From NCBI RefSeq assembly GCF_006345805.1, contig NC_042997.1, positions 77,128,001 through 77,192,000 of the forward strand: a stretch of DNA of 64,000 nucleotides. Reading direction: 5' to 3'. Positions 12,273 through 25,893 of the stretch are shown piece by piece. How positions within the stretch are numbered: the first letter of the stretch is position 1; each line of letters starts with the position of its first letter. This stretch comes from Octopus sinensis. Taxonomy: Eukaryota. Under the pieces are notes generated by a model, which had not been told where the DNA came from, searched no databases, and saw nothing but the letters and a program-made list of their open reading frames with translations. The position numbers and the translations under genes were made by a program.

Positions 12273-13950
12273 AATGAAATGTAATCATAAATTGCAAACA
12301 CACATTGATGGGATTGAATATAACATGATTGAATTATAAAAAAGCATGTGACATGATGTCACACAGTTGGATAAGTAAAACATTAAACAAGTTTGGTGTG
12401 GCAGAAAATTTGGAGAAACTGGTCATTGAAACTATGACATGTTGAAACACTGACTTAATTGGAGGAAGTCAAAAACTTGGGAAAGTGAACATCAGATGCG
12501 GTATATTCCAAAGTGATAGCTAATCTCCATTACTATTTGTATTGGCTATGATACCATTCAGTTTGATATTATAGAAAGTCAAAATAGCTTATGATTTGGG
12601 AAAAAGTATAGTCAGATAAATCATCTCCTATTCATAGATGATAGCTTTATGTGAAAAATGAGAAGCAGCTGGAAAGTTTTGTATGTACTGTTTTCATTTT
12701 CTCAAATGATGTAGGAATATAATTCAGGCTTGAAAAGTTGCACTATTTTGATGATGAAACAAAAATTTGAAAGAAGTCAAGGAATTGAAATGCCAAATAG
12801 ATAAACATTGGAATCATTTGAGAAAGGACAGGAGTGTAAGCATTTGGGAATACTGAAGGCAGATGAAATAAAGCATGAAGACATGAAGCAAATAGCAAAT
12901 AGGGGGTAACAAAGAGAGCGAGGAAAATATAAGGTTGAAAAATGTTATGGAAGAAATAAATTCAAAAGTAGTGCCAGTTATCAGATATGGAGTTGGAACT
13001 GTGAATTGGATAAAAGGTGAAATGCAGAAACTGGACAGAAAAACTAGAAAACCACTGACTGTGTATGGAGCCCACCATCTGAATGCTGATACCAACCATT
13101 TGTACTTGAAGAGAAATCAGGGTGGAATGGAAGAGTGTATGCAGATGGAACAAAACAGCTTACTTGACTAGCACAGAAACATTAGTTAAGTCAGTAAATA
13201 AAGAAAAGGTGATCAAGACTGGTAAAGGTAAAGATGAAAATGGAATTCAAAGAGAATATGTTGAACATATTGAAGAGAAACTTTTGCATGGTCAGTTTTG
13301 GAAAGTCACTGAGCATATATGTTGAGACAAAATCCTGGGCTTGGTTGAGAAAAAGATAATTGAAAAAATAGACAGTGTCTTATAGCAGCTCAAGATCAAG
13401 CACTGCAACCATACAATTTGAGAGAATATGTGTCTGGAGAGGTGTTGGCAAAATGTAGCATATGTGGAATTTGGAATGAAACAAAGGCATACATTGTTTT
13501 AGAATGCTCAAAGCTAGCCCAAGGAAAATATATGAAAGAGTTCTTAAGTCAGTAACATGTAAAATTTTGTGGGATTTTCCCATTGAAATGGATAAGAAGA
13601 TGGAATATAGCAAACCAGATATTAAAGTAATAGACAAGAATAATTGAAATTACATTATTGATCAATCTATCATGTCCATTTGATAAGAAAGCTGATATAA
13701 AGTTGAAAAATTACAACCCCTTAAAATTTGAGATTGTGAAGATGTGGAACATGAAATCTGTAAAGATTGCACCTGTGATAACTGGTGCAGTAAGGACTGT
13801 GATTGATGAATGTCCTGTAGAGTTTCTACAGGTTTACTTCTAAGAAGAATTATCAGAAGAGTTTTGAGCTCTTGACAGCCATGTGAATATCTAAAGTCAC
13901 AGGAAGTAATCTGCTACCTGTGTAATTCTACCAGGAATAAGACCAAGAAT
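12273..13950 (+). mobile_element. 5'-truncated, decayed R4/Dong-like LINE
   Basis: Fragments NYKKACDMMSHSWISKTL, INHLLFIDD, CKHLGILKAD, LDRKTRKPLTVYGAHH, KILWDFPIEMD and YNPLKFEIVKMWNMK, ending in TAA repeats. Confidence 0.87.
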
Positions 13951-14381
13951 AATAATGATAATTAATAAATCTCTAATTTTGCCACAAGAACATTCATTGT
14001 GTGTGGATGAATGAATGAGTGGGAAGACTGTAATCTGTTTTATTGAATGTGGTACTTAATTAATTGACATTGAAAGGACAAAAAGTTAAGCCAATCCCAG
14101 TGGAATATAAACTCAGGACATAAAGGAACATAGCTAAATAACTGACATCATCACCCTACCAATTCTACAATACTACTTTCTACCATCTGCTACTCTATAA
14201 TAATAATGAATGCCAACTCTGTTATGGGACTTACATTATACATTGGGTAGACAATCAAAATAAATTGATGGGATGTACTCTTTCACTTCCACAGTTTTTA
14301 ACTACCCATCTATCACCACACTGGGGCAAGAGGACAGCATATACATACTAATAGTTATAACTATTTCTTTAAATAACATGC
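13951..14381 (+). repeat. Right copy of the diverged ~420-bp direct repeat
   Basis: Colinear with 11861-12272; begins immediately after the R4 3' end. Confidence 0.85.
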
Positions 14382-16556
14382 TCATTATCCAAGTATGATA
14401 TATTTTTGTCTCTGTGAAGATGTTATACAGTGTTATAACAAAAATAAAAATTGTTATCACAATTAAACTTCTCTTCTTACTTTTGATTGCATGTTATGTG
14501 ACTGGACAGTTAGTGGTAGGGGTTCTGAAGACCAGAAAGGTTACAAGCTTATGTCTTAGTTAATGAAATTGTGTTTATTATGAGCTTTTGATTATGTAGT
14601 GTTAATTGTTTATTATATTTTGCATTTTGAACTATTTAGTGCTTATCAATTCTTATCTTTCACATTATTATTTACCTCAACTTTATTTAATTTGTGACTT
14701 TCTAGCAATAACTTCATTTGCTCTGTTTCCAGATAGTGACTCCAAAAATATAGAACAAAATCATGAAGTTAATAAATATAATTATGATAGTTAACTATCA
14801 CATGTGACTACTAGATGACTTCCAAATTTTTTAATCAGTCTTTGTTATTTGACCTACTTTTTGTACATGTGAGTGTATGTGTATACATGTTTTTATATTT
14901 ATATAGAATCAACATGCTCAAGTAAATATATTATTGGACTACCAGCTTATAGTTAATTAGTTCAAATCTATTCAAGCATTTTGTCTCTTGATAGAACTTT
15001 ATTTTCCATGCCCTTAGTTCATTTAGCTAATGATATATGCAGCAAAATTTCTGGCCAAATTGCTTGAAGGAAAGTGGTGTACTAACACTGAGGTCTAAAG
15101 TTGTGTTAAATACTAGCTCAATACCTCCTTGACCTTTATAAAGAAAGAATTATATAGTTGATGTCTTCCATAATCAGACTGGATGTCATCCTGGTGTGGA
15201 TACCTATGTGGAATGAGTCACTATAAGAGCCTTTATGTTAGAAATAGCAAATAGCAACCAAACCCTCTAATTTCACATACTACCTTTTTTAACTCTGCTT
15301 TTTCTATGTAATTCTCTCAGTCCTATTAGAAATTAGGGATTTTGACAAAATACAGTTAGTCTGGTATAAAATCATAAAAATATAACTTTTGCATAAATTT
15401 GTATAATATATAGTATTATTACTATAATAATATGATATAAATATGGTATAAAGATCTTCAGCATAGATTGTGAATGTGATTTTTAACCAGTTGTTGTTGA
15501 TTTTTTACCTGTTGTATTTTCACCTTCCTAGGTAGGTTGAATACAGTTGAGTTGGTTACTTATTTTCATCTATTTACAAGATATATTGATTTTTTGGCAT
15601 TGCATTCCTAATTAGATCATTATTAAATTATATCAACAAATTTTTAATGTATTACTTGAGGTATTAACTGCTATTATGCTCAGAATTTGGAAGGAAAATA
15701 ATCTTGAGAGATTTACTCAATAAAATTGAAAAACTAAACAGAAAGTCTTTTGACAATGAAGCATAACTTTGTTTCTTGCACAAAAGAGTACTTGGTTCCA
15801 ATCTTTGACTCTCCCAAACAACACTATTTGAACTGAGGTTTTGTGTGATTTAGGATTTGGTGATAGATATCTGGTATAGAACTATAAGTGGGAAAATAGG
15901 AAAGGCTCATTAGCTAATGTACTGCTAGACATTAGAAGGATGAGATAGTAATGACTGATAATGTGTCTACTCCTACAGTGTTGACTAAGGATTTAAACAA
16001 CAGTCTATGTAGGATGAATATAGATACACCAGCCAGTACACACCCTAAATTCATATCCAGAAGGTAAGCTGAAATTATAGGTTCGCACTTATCTGGTGCT
16101 GAATACTGGAATGGTATCTCCAGACCTAGAAAAGGTATTTAACTCAATATTTCAAGTTAATTATGCACTGACTACTTTTACAGTAGTATTGTTTCTGTCA
16201 GCGTTAAATAGTACCTACCATGTGATGGATATTTTCAGAATATGTTTGTGGTCAGAATAGAGAAAATTTTAAAGGAATTTTAAATGGTTTCAAGGTGTGA
16301 GTTCTTACACCGCCATTGATCAGTTCAGGTCTGTTGGGTGTTTTAACTATCTTAGCAGCACCAGTTCTTTCATTGCATTCTCTATGTGGTATAGCAGACA
16401 GGCGGGTGATGTCTGTTAGTCAGCAGGCTGTGGATTGTGACATTTCAGTGACACTCTATGAAGACTTAAATAGTTTCACCTAGAAATGATTTTAAATCAT
16501 CTTTATTCTAATTCCAATCATCTCATGGTATGAACATATTTTGAGCTCTCATTGCT

Positions 16557-17825
16557 TTAACCCGGCTATAGCCAGGCGAAAAATTTTTTGGTTCATAAGA
16601 CCGACCTGGCCGTAGCTGGCCAAGAGTACCTGTTGTTATTTAAATGTGAATTTAAGCACAAATCACGTTAGTACATTTGGGAAAATATGAGATTTCACTT
16701 TGTAAATAGTTGAGTTAAGCATCCGATATTGCGTGACATGATATCTGAACTCAGTGAATTTTGGGAGATTTTTTTCCACATTTTTTTTTTCAACTTTGAT
16801 AATGGATAGGAGTTTTATGCTATCAAGTAGTGATTCCGAATTTAAAGGTTTTTCAACAGAAAATATGGAGATATCAAGAAAAAGAATGAATGAGGTACAA
16901 AAGGACGTGGTGTACAAGAATGAATAGGATATTTCTGTATCTGAAACTGAAAGCAACAATTCTGAAGAAACTGAAAGCAGCGATAGTGACAGCAAAGACA
17001 ATTTTACATCAGAATGAAGTAAAAACTTTTTAAATGTTTTTATTAGCAATTTTTCTGAATAGATGGGGGTCTATTCATAGTCTTTCTTTGGAAGTGAAAC
17101 CGTTAGACTTTTATTTTTTTCACTATGCTTGTTTGAAGCGATCACTGCGAAAACAAACTGTTACACAGAATGTAAACAAACAGTATATGCCAGGAAAGCC
17201 CATGAAATGAGGGATCAAAGTTTGGAAAATTTGTGAAGCAAATACTGGGTACTGCTGTGGATTTAGTTTTTATACAGGGAAAATAATGTTAGTCAGCATG
17301 GCCTAAGGTACAATGTGGTCTGGAATTTATCCCGTAACCAGGGCCAAATATTATTTTTTGACTGATTTCTTTTAGTTCAGTCAAACTTGCGGTGGATTTA
17401 GATGGATCCCAGTATTTCAGTTTATTTCACCTTTATGGTACACCTGTTCTGTTGTGCATTAAATTCAACTGATGATCTAGTGATGTGCACAATTCTTCTA
17501 TATCAAAATTTTGTTGCATACCCCCAATTGAATATTAGCTGATGATTCATTTTCTATGGTGATGTTTAAACAAAATATTAATATTTTACCTTTTGCTCAG
17601 TTTACCTGGACTTACCTGTAATTAAAGTCACTTTGAGACAACAAAAGTTATGCAATAGAATTGATTAAGAACCCTTTCTTCAATTATGTTCCAATTATCA
17701 CATTAATATGTTGATAAGTAAAAAAGTTACTAGTCTAACTAGTCTAAATTCATGATTATTTTAGAATTTAATTGAAACTCATGAGGGGTGTATTTTGGTC
17801 AGAAATATAGTAATGAAAGGGTTAA
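16557..17825 (+). mobile_element. piggyBac transposase relic, possibly a composite of two elements
   Basis: TTAA-CCC at the left end and GGG-TTAA at the right. Acidic N-terminus (SETESNNSEETESSDSDS) and KQYMPGKPMK*GIKVWKICEANTGYCCGFSFYTG at about 17180-17280. Confidence 0.8.
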
Positions 17826-18240
17826 GTAATGTGAAGCTGAGTCTCTCTTCTCTTCTCTTTCCCCGTCTGTCTTGATAGACAATGGGTTGCGCCAAGGGTG
17901 GGGCCTACTTTGATGATGTGCAGCGTCTGCTGTGACTGAACAGTCCAATTCTAGAGTGGCAGTCCTTGGTACATTTGCTGCACACGAACATCGATGGGTA
18001 GCCTGTTATTAAATGTGTATGTTTGTGTACAAACATGTGTGTGTGTGTGTGCGTGTGCACGCACATATATACACATACATATACATATATATATATATAT
18101 ATATATAGTATTTACTTAATATTTACTGAATATTAATTGAAACAGCTATAAGGGATGATGGTTAATTTGCTCTTAATAATAAACAATTAGTAACTTCCCA
18201 ATCTCCATTTTCTTTTTCTTCTCTTATATATATATATATA

Positions 18241-18442
18241 GTTCAAATTTACAGAAAAACAAAAGACGAAGACAGGTGTAGGGATAATAAGCAGGGGTAT
18301 TAGTTTAACGCTCTGGAAAAATAGAAAAGTCATTTACATTTCGAGCCTATGCTCTTTTTCAGAAAGGAATTAGAGGAAAACAATGGTGAGAGAAAAATTG
18401 TGTAGAATTCAGCGGTCCAACATATATACTCACACACACACA
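18241..18442 (-). mobile_element. Short hammerhead-like element beside (TA)n, likely a Penelope-like pLTR fragment
   Basis: Homologous to 43950-44124. Minus-strand motif CTTT-CTGAAAA-A-GAGC-ATAG-GCTC-GAAA-TG-TA-AATG at 18331-18366. A partial inverted copy lies at 19241-19322. Confidence 0.6.
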
Positions 18443-19039
18443 GTCTTTCGGAGACTCCGGGTTTACGAGTTTTACTTTATAATAAATATAAAAAGGTTAA
18501 AGGTTAAACAGCTATTTTGTGTGTGTGGCAACACTGGTTGTGACGCGTCTACACAGCTGCATTTACACTATTATTTTCAGCACTTTTTAAACACACCCAA
18601 TATATCTAAATGAAAGTGTGCAATGGACACCAACAGGGACAAAGAGAAATGAAAAGCTATCACTGTGGAAATGAAGTATGAAATTTTAAAAATGCACAAT
18701 GGTGGTACAACTGTGAAAAACATTTGTAACAAATTCTATAGAGAACGGGAAAAAACCTAAGCAAACAACTCTCGACTTGTTTTTTAAAAAGAAATCTACA
18801 AGTGCTTGTGAATTGGTAATCATGTCTACAGGTGATGAGACAGTCTAGTGAAAGTGATTCAGAAAACAGTTATAATATTTTTTATTATAAATGATCTTGA
18901 CATTCTTTTTACTTTACATAAAATATGTTTTACATTCTACTGTTTTATTGCCGAGTATTATAAATTGCTCTGCTTTACAAGTTTTCGCTTTACGAGCAGC
19001 ATCCGGGAATAAATTAACTCGTATATTGAGACATTACTG
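18441..19039 (+). mobile_element. Internally deleted pogo/Tigger element
   Basis: N-terminal HTH remnant KAITVEMKYEILKMHNGG joined to the C-terminal KPKQTTLDLFFKKKS. The right terminus (cgtatattgagacattactg) is followed by TA. Confidence 0.72.
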
Positions 19040-19456
19040 TATATATATATTATAATATATATATATATACACACACACACACACTCTCTCTCTCTCTCAC
19101 ATGAACTCATATTATGATAGAGAGATATGATGTAAACAACGTGACATAAATATACAAGATATATACAGTAAAATAAAGATAAAGGAATTTATCTTTATAT
19201 TTATTATAAAATTATCTTTATATTTTTTATAAAATGTGTGTGTGTGTGTGTGAGTATATATATTGGACCGCTGAATTCTACGCAATTTTTCTCTCACCAT
19301 TGTTTTCCTCTAATTCCTTTCTTTATCTTCCACAGTTTCTTAGTGGGTACTTCCATGCATCTCATGATGGCTCACTTTTATTGAGTACTTTGCCAAAACC
19401 TGTCACATACACACACACAAAACTCCCTTGTATCCATGAAGCAGTTGCCTCTACCC

Positions 19457-19458
<2 letters not shown>

Positions 19459-19494
<36 letters not shown>
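19459..19494. repeat. (TG)n microsatellite
   Basis: Direct inspection. Confidence 0.98.
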
Positions 19495-19498
<4 letters not shown>

Positions 19499-21054
19499 CG
19501 CGTGCATTCTGCTCCAGTCAGAATATTATTTCTCCAACTCTTAGAAATGAATAATGAGAGGAAATGTGAAATATTATGTTTTACTACTTGCTAAGGATTT
19601 GTTCTTTACTCTCAGCTTTAGTGTTTCTCTCATATACCTCTCTCATTTTTCCATCATGAGGCATTCCCCATTTTGCTGTTCTGTTCAGAAGTCATTGCTC
19701 TTCTATTCTTCCTATGTCTATTGGATGCCAAGTAGGATATTGTAAATCTAGCTACAAACTTACAGAATTATACATATTCTGTATGTATTTGTGGGCACTT
19801 GTACATTTTGTGTATATGCATCTCTTGCATAGATGTATACATGCATGTATTTATACATAAAATTTGCATCTTCTATTATGAAATGCACTTACAGGTTATT
19901 GTAATACTAGCAGCTCTTTTATCTGATTCACCAATAAATAAATTTTTAGTTATTACAATACAGTACTGTTAATGATATCCACAACATTCTATGAAGATGT
20001 TTTTTCGTTTTCCTCCTGGCTTTTTTGTCTGCTTTCTTGTCAATGTTTATTATTGTTTTCATTGTGGTCATTCTATCAATAATCAGTATTAATAGGCCTA
20101 GACAATGTTTTCCTTCACAAACATCATGTAAAACGGCCTTATTGTAATCATCTTATACTCTGTCTTCTGTCAAACTTATATAACCATGTTGTCTACTAGT
20201 TATTCAGTAACATGAAGGAGGTGTTTGTATTTGTACTTGTATACATTTGTGTTTGTGTGTGTGTGTGTGTGTGTGTGCACACGTGCGCACATAATCCAAA
20301 CACTTTTCTTTATATACTCCTAGACACAATATGAAGCTTTTAGTTATCAAAATAAGCAGAAGCATTCTGAAATTCTTCCAGTTGATATTTTGGACACTAC
20401 TGTATTATCATAAACCCTATTCTCACTAGAGGGCATCTAGCAAACAGACAATGTAACTACTCAGTCTCTGAACTGTTCTGTTAGAATTGTAATGCTACCT
20501 ATTTTTCATTCAGTTAATACTTCTATTTTCTACCCCTATGCTTGTTGGTGATGTGGCTACTGTGTTAGAGTATAACCTTCTTTTGCTGTAAAAATATGCC
20601 AATTATCAACTGCCACAACCACTTTATTTAGAAGTATGTTATATATGGTAATGTGATAGTTAATTTAAAGATATGATTAGTTGCACTTCAGTGAGATGTT
20701 GAGTGTAAGAATATATCAGCTCTCCCTGACAGTTTAGGAGAATAAGTGTGTCAGTGAGGGCAGTCATCAGAATTTGGTAAGTTAGCATGAATCAGATTAG
20801 AAATATAAACAAAACAGATGCTGATGTACCACAGGATGAAGCAAAACCTATATTTCCAGGTGTTAGATAAAAAAATTATTTGTGAAAATATAATTGTTTT
20901 GGGGGTTCCATTTATAAGCCTAAACTTATTCACACCCAGACTTTTATAGAATTGCTTCCTTAATATAGATTTTCTTTACCTTCTGTTAAAGGTCATTGTC
21001 TGAGCAATTGACATAAATCTGAAGTTCTGAATACAACAGTATTTTTTAATTGAT

Positions 21055-21280
21055 TTAACCATTTAACGTTCATATTCTTCTGTGAAATGTAATACTTATT
21101 CATTTACATTGTTTTAAATTAATCATGCATTATCTTGACGCTTTGAGATATTGATGATGTAATTGTTTATTCTTAAAATGACATTGTAAGGAGTTGTGAG
21201 AAGTCAGATCTGGCTGGTTTGAGCATAAACAAGAAGAATATTTGAGCCAGATTTGGCTGGTTTAAATGCTAAAGGATTAA
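21055..21280. mobile_element. TTAA-flanked MITE (piggyBac-type), second copy
   Basis: TTAA at both ends; homologous to 8345-8559. Confidence 0.7.
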
Positions 21281-23049
21281 ACAAAGAGTGTAGTGAATAT
21301 ATGTGCATAAGATTTTGTTTTTCATGAGTAGTAGAAAAAATTACAGTTAATATTTGCAGCCAAGTATGAATTAGTAGTTGGTTGTAAACTTTCCCTAGAT
21401 ATATGGGGATAAAAATATTTGAAACATTATTCAGTATTAACATTTTTGTTATCAATTTTGTAATGAAATATATCTTCCTTGTTTCAAATAATTTTTTAAA
21501 TAATGAAGAATTAAATAAAATAATTCTGTCATTAAGCTGATGTTTGGAACATAAGTCTGATGTTTTGATGGAAGATTTTAATTTAAATTACTTTAAACAG
21601 AAAGTTAATATCGTGAGACCAAGGGCAGTCACAGGCAGATTGGTATCAAAAGGGTTAAAGTATCTTTACTTTGATGTTTGGTTATTGTTATAACAAAATT
21701 TTGCCTGCAAAATTTGTTAAATATTAAACTTTGAATAGCATTTATTTGTTAAAGAATAAAATATGAAATATTTTCTTTGTAGATTTATTATATATAATTA
21801 TTAAGACACAGTATGTTTTAGTAACAGTTTTTCTTTTAATGAAACTCTGAAGGCTTTAGAGGAAAACAGTCTTATGTACTAGTTCTGAAAGAGAAGATAG
21901 ATAAAGAGAGAGAAAGATGTCAGAATAATTACAGATATTGATTCAGGTGCTGATTTACTGACTGTTCTTCTACATCCCCTGAATCAATTTGTCTATAAAC
22001 TTTGGTGCATTTGTCAGTTAATTAGTTGGTATTAAAAAACTACAGCTGTAATATTTTGTACCCAGCTAACCCATCTCAGTTGTAAAAAGATATTTCATTT
22101 CTATAATAATTAGTTTATATATAAAGAAGGGTTTCTATAAATGTCAGTACCATCATTTAATGTCTACAATATTTCTCGATAAAAAAAAATGTAATAAATT
22201 TAGTTATTAAAAGTGCTGGATATAGTAATTTCATCATTGATTGTTATGTAATTTATGTTAAATTGCTTAGCATATATTTGAATGTTGTATATCAAATAGT
22301 TCTGAGCTGCAGTTGAATTAGAATCATATAATTTAGAGCATCTTCATTATTTTTGTCTCTTGTATTTAAAATTATTTACTTATATAGTTTATGGGAAAGA
22401 ATTAAATATGACATAAAAATGCAATGAATCATCATTCTTGATAAATATCAAGATTTTTCTGTTTTCATCTAGAAGAAAGGAATGTAGAAAGTTTTTCTTA
22501 ACGTAACAATGTCTTTATCAGATGTTTCTGTGTGTACACCATGTGTATATGCTGAGAAAAATGTGTATGAATGCTTGCTTTGAACACATAAAATTCTTTA
22601 CAGCAATAGATGTAGTAAAATTGAAATTTTGTCTTACATAAGAAGGGTATAGCTTCTTTTGTTGAATCCAGTGAAGAGAAGTGGTACTCCACTATATGGC
22701 TGTAGTTATGAGCACTAAAGTTGAGGTAGAGTGGAGATGACAAAAAGTGGAACTAGCAATCATCTGTTTTCATTCCCTCACTATTTCCAGTCTTGTATTC
22801 TGCTCTATCAGTAAACATCTCATCTTTTCCTGACACTTAAGTGTTTTGCCCATCCACTACAAATCCTTATTAGTTTTTTAGGGTTTTACTGTTTTTCTGA
22901 GTATTTAATAGTTTAGTGTCCGATATATCCACATGTAATATTAGGCTCTATACACTAGCATTTACTAAACAGTAGTTTTTACATATTGAACAGTTTCATA
23001 GTTTGAATGGTATGGTTATATAATAACAACAATAATAATAGTAATATTG

Positions 23050-23720
23050 TTTCTGATGTAGCATTACTCAATTAACTTGACCCTAGTACTGGACTGGTAC
23101 TTCATTTCATCAGCCCCAAAAGAATGAAAGACAAAATTGACCTCTCTGAGATTTGAACTAAGAACCAGACCAAAAGATAAAAGGGAAAGAGAAAAATACA
23201 CATCTTTTCTGACATTTTAGCAACTTTGTCAATCTACTACTATAATAATGATAAAAATGATGATGATGACGATGACGACGACGACGACGACGACGACTAT
23301 TATTATTATTATTATTATTGTTTCAGGTTTTGGCACAAGGTCAGCAATTTTAGTGGAAGGAGATAGTCAATTACATTGATCCCCGTCCCCTCCCGCCAGT
23401 GGTCAACTGGTACTTAAAGGATGAAAAGCAAAGTCTCCCTCAGCGTAATTTGAACTCAGAATGTAAAGGACCAAAAGTTATGCCACTAAACATTTTGCCT
23501 AATATACCAAGGATTCTGCCAGCTCTAGGAACAAGGCCTGCAGTTTGAGGGAAGGTACTAGTCAATACCATCAACACTAGTACTTAATTTCTATTATATT
23601 TTATGATGATGATGATGATGATGATGATGACCCTGGAGGGATGAAAGGCAAAGCTGACTTCAGCAGGATTTCAAGTCAAAACATAAAAAAACAAACAGAA
23701 ATGATTCTGCCAATCTTCTA
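23050..23720 (-). mobile_element. Cluster of degenerate MetaSINE-like elements separated by (GAT/GAC/TAT)n tracts
   Basis: Repeated minus-strand motif gtact...gaaaggatgaaaggcaaag..gacc...gatttgaactcagaa. Confidence 0.7.
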
Positions 23721-24026
23721 CCACCACTACCCTGCTGTTGCTACTGCTAATAATAATGATAATAATCCTTTCTACTAAAAGCACAAGGCCTGAAATTTTA
23801 TTATCAAATAAGCCCCACTCACCTCCTCTTTAAAAGTGCTGGCTTTATGCCTAAACCACAAACCATCATCATCATCATCATCATCATCACTGGCATTTTG
23901 TCCAACACTCTAACATTTTTCTGCCAATAATATTAACTTGCAGATCCCAAGCTATTGAAAAATAAGGATTTAAATAATGTTCATAAATATTGTATAAATG
24001 TTATATATATTTGTATATTATTATAT

Positions 24027-25140
24027 AAAATAGATGAACATCAATGGAATTTGTGTCTTTGTGGTACCAGTGCTGGTGGCACACAAGAAAACCATCCGAA
24101 CGTGGCCGTAGCCAGTACCGCATCGACTGGCCTCCGTGCTGTGGGCACATAACAAACACCATCCGATCGTGGCCGTTCGCCAGCCTCATCTGGCACCTGT
24201 GTCGGTGGCACATAAAAACACCATCCGAAGACCCGGCAAGACTAGTCAGGCCATAACCCGTGGCCCCTACCTGGGACGTAGTCAGTCCACCTGTGCATAC
24301 CTTCCTTCTTGTGACACTTGTGAAGACCTGTTGAGGCAAGTGAAAATCAAATCAAATCAAATCAAAACAAATCAAAATAGATGAACATCAATGGAATTTG
24401 TATCTTTGTGGTACCAGTGCCGGTGGCACACAAGAAAACCATCCAAACGGGGCCGTAGCCAGTACCGCATCGACTGGCCATCGTGCTGTGGGCACATAAC
24501 AAACACCATCCGATCGTGGCCGTTCGCCAGCCACATCTGGCATCTGTCTCGATGGCACATAAAAACACCATCCGAAGACCCAGCAAGACTAGTCAGGCCA
24601 TAACCCGTGGCCCCTACCTGGGACGTAGTCAGTCCACCTGTGCATACCTTCCTTCTTGGGACACTTGTGAAGACCTGTTGAGGCAAGTGAAAATCAAATC
24701 AAATCAAAGCAAATCAAAATAGATGAACATCAATGGAATTTGTATCTTTGTGGTACCAGTGCTGGTGGCACACAAGAAAACCATCCGAACGTGGCCATAG
24801 CCAGTACCGCATCGACTGGCCTCCGTGCTGTGGGCACGTAACAAACACCATCCGATCGTGGCCGTTCGCCAGCCTCATCTGGCACCTGTGTCGGTGGCAC
24901 ATAAAAAACACCATCCAAGCATGGCCGTTTGCCAGCCTCGTCTGGCACCTGTGTCGGTGGCACATAAAATCACCCACTACACTCTCGGAGTGGTTGGCGT
25001 TAGGAAGGGCATCCAGCTGTAGAAACTCTGCCAGATCTGACTGGCCTGGTGCAGCCTTCGGGCTCCCCAGACCCCAGTTGAACCGTCCAACCCATGCTAG
25101 CATGGAAAGTGGATGTTAAATGATGATGATGATGATGATG
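24027..25140 (+). mobile_element. RTE 3' end with a head-to-tail triplication of a ~345-bp segment
   Basis: tagatgaacatcaatgg recurs at 24031, 24378 and 24720. The first two units include aagaccc(g/a)gcaagactag (KT(R/Q)QD*). One terminal (GAT)n tail. Confidence 0.88.
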
Positions 25141-25893
25141 AAATATAATATGAATTCTTGCCTTTTTGACTGTAGTATTTATCTTGCAGCTCTGAGTGAT
25201 TGTTTCTTACAAACTGAAAACAGCTTACTTCAACCTTGATATTAACTGGATATTGATGAACAAGGTTTCCTTTTCTCTAAGAAACTCTGAAGTCACCTAT
25301 ATGTATATATGTGTGTGTGTGTGCAAGATAATATCCATGCAATTCTTACATTGTCATCTTATTTTTAACTTGTATTTATTGTTCTTCTATACACACCATG
25401 AAATTATGCTATCCAAATGCCATTAGGAAATAAAAGAGACTAATACATTGGGTGAAAATGGTGAGATAAATATGAGATCACTTCTGCCCAGGAAAATACT
25501 CTTTCTTTCTCCTTTTTTTTTAATACAGAAAATACTTTCACTTTTCCTGCAAACAAAGAAAATATTAAGCATTTTTAATTTGTGATTCTCTTTGAAGCAT
25601 AACATACTGTGACAAGCAGAAAAGAAACATAAAAAACAATAAATAGGTACAAGTATAGTTGTGTTTACTTCACAATATGTGATTCAGGTTTAGTCCTTGG
25701 ACAAGTCTCTTCTGCTATAGCTTCACACTGACCAAAACTCGGGGGGTGGATTTTGTAGATGGGAAATGAAAGTCAGTCATCTATATAATATATATATAAT
25801 AATAATAATAATAATATAAATAATATATAAATATATGCATATATACATACATATATGTACATACCTACATTTATATTTATATATACATGCATA

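Noticed and set aside
22498-22743. 81-aa minus-strand ORF as a nested gene
   Set aside because: It has no splice support. SHIVEY...LDSTKEAI looks more like a decayed CR1/L2-type LINE fragment, too weak to annotate.
23955-25119. Many overlapping 65-130 aa ORFs on both strands
   Set aside because: They are by-products of the GC-richer RTE 3'-UTR repeats, with no protein motifs.
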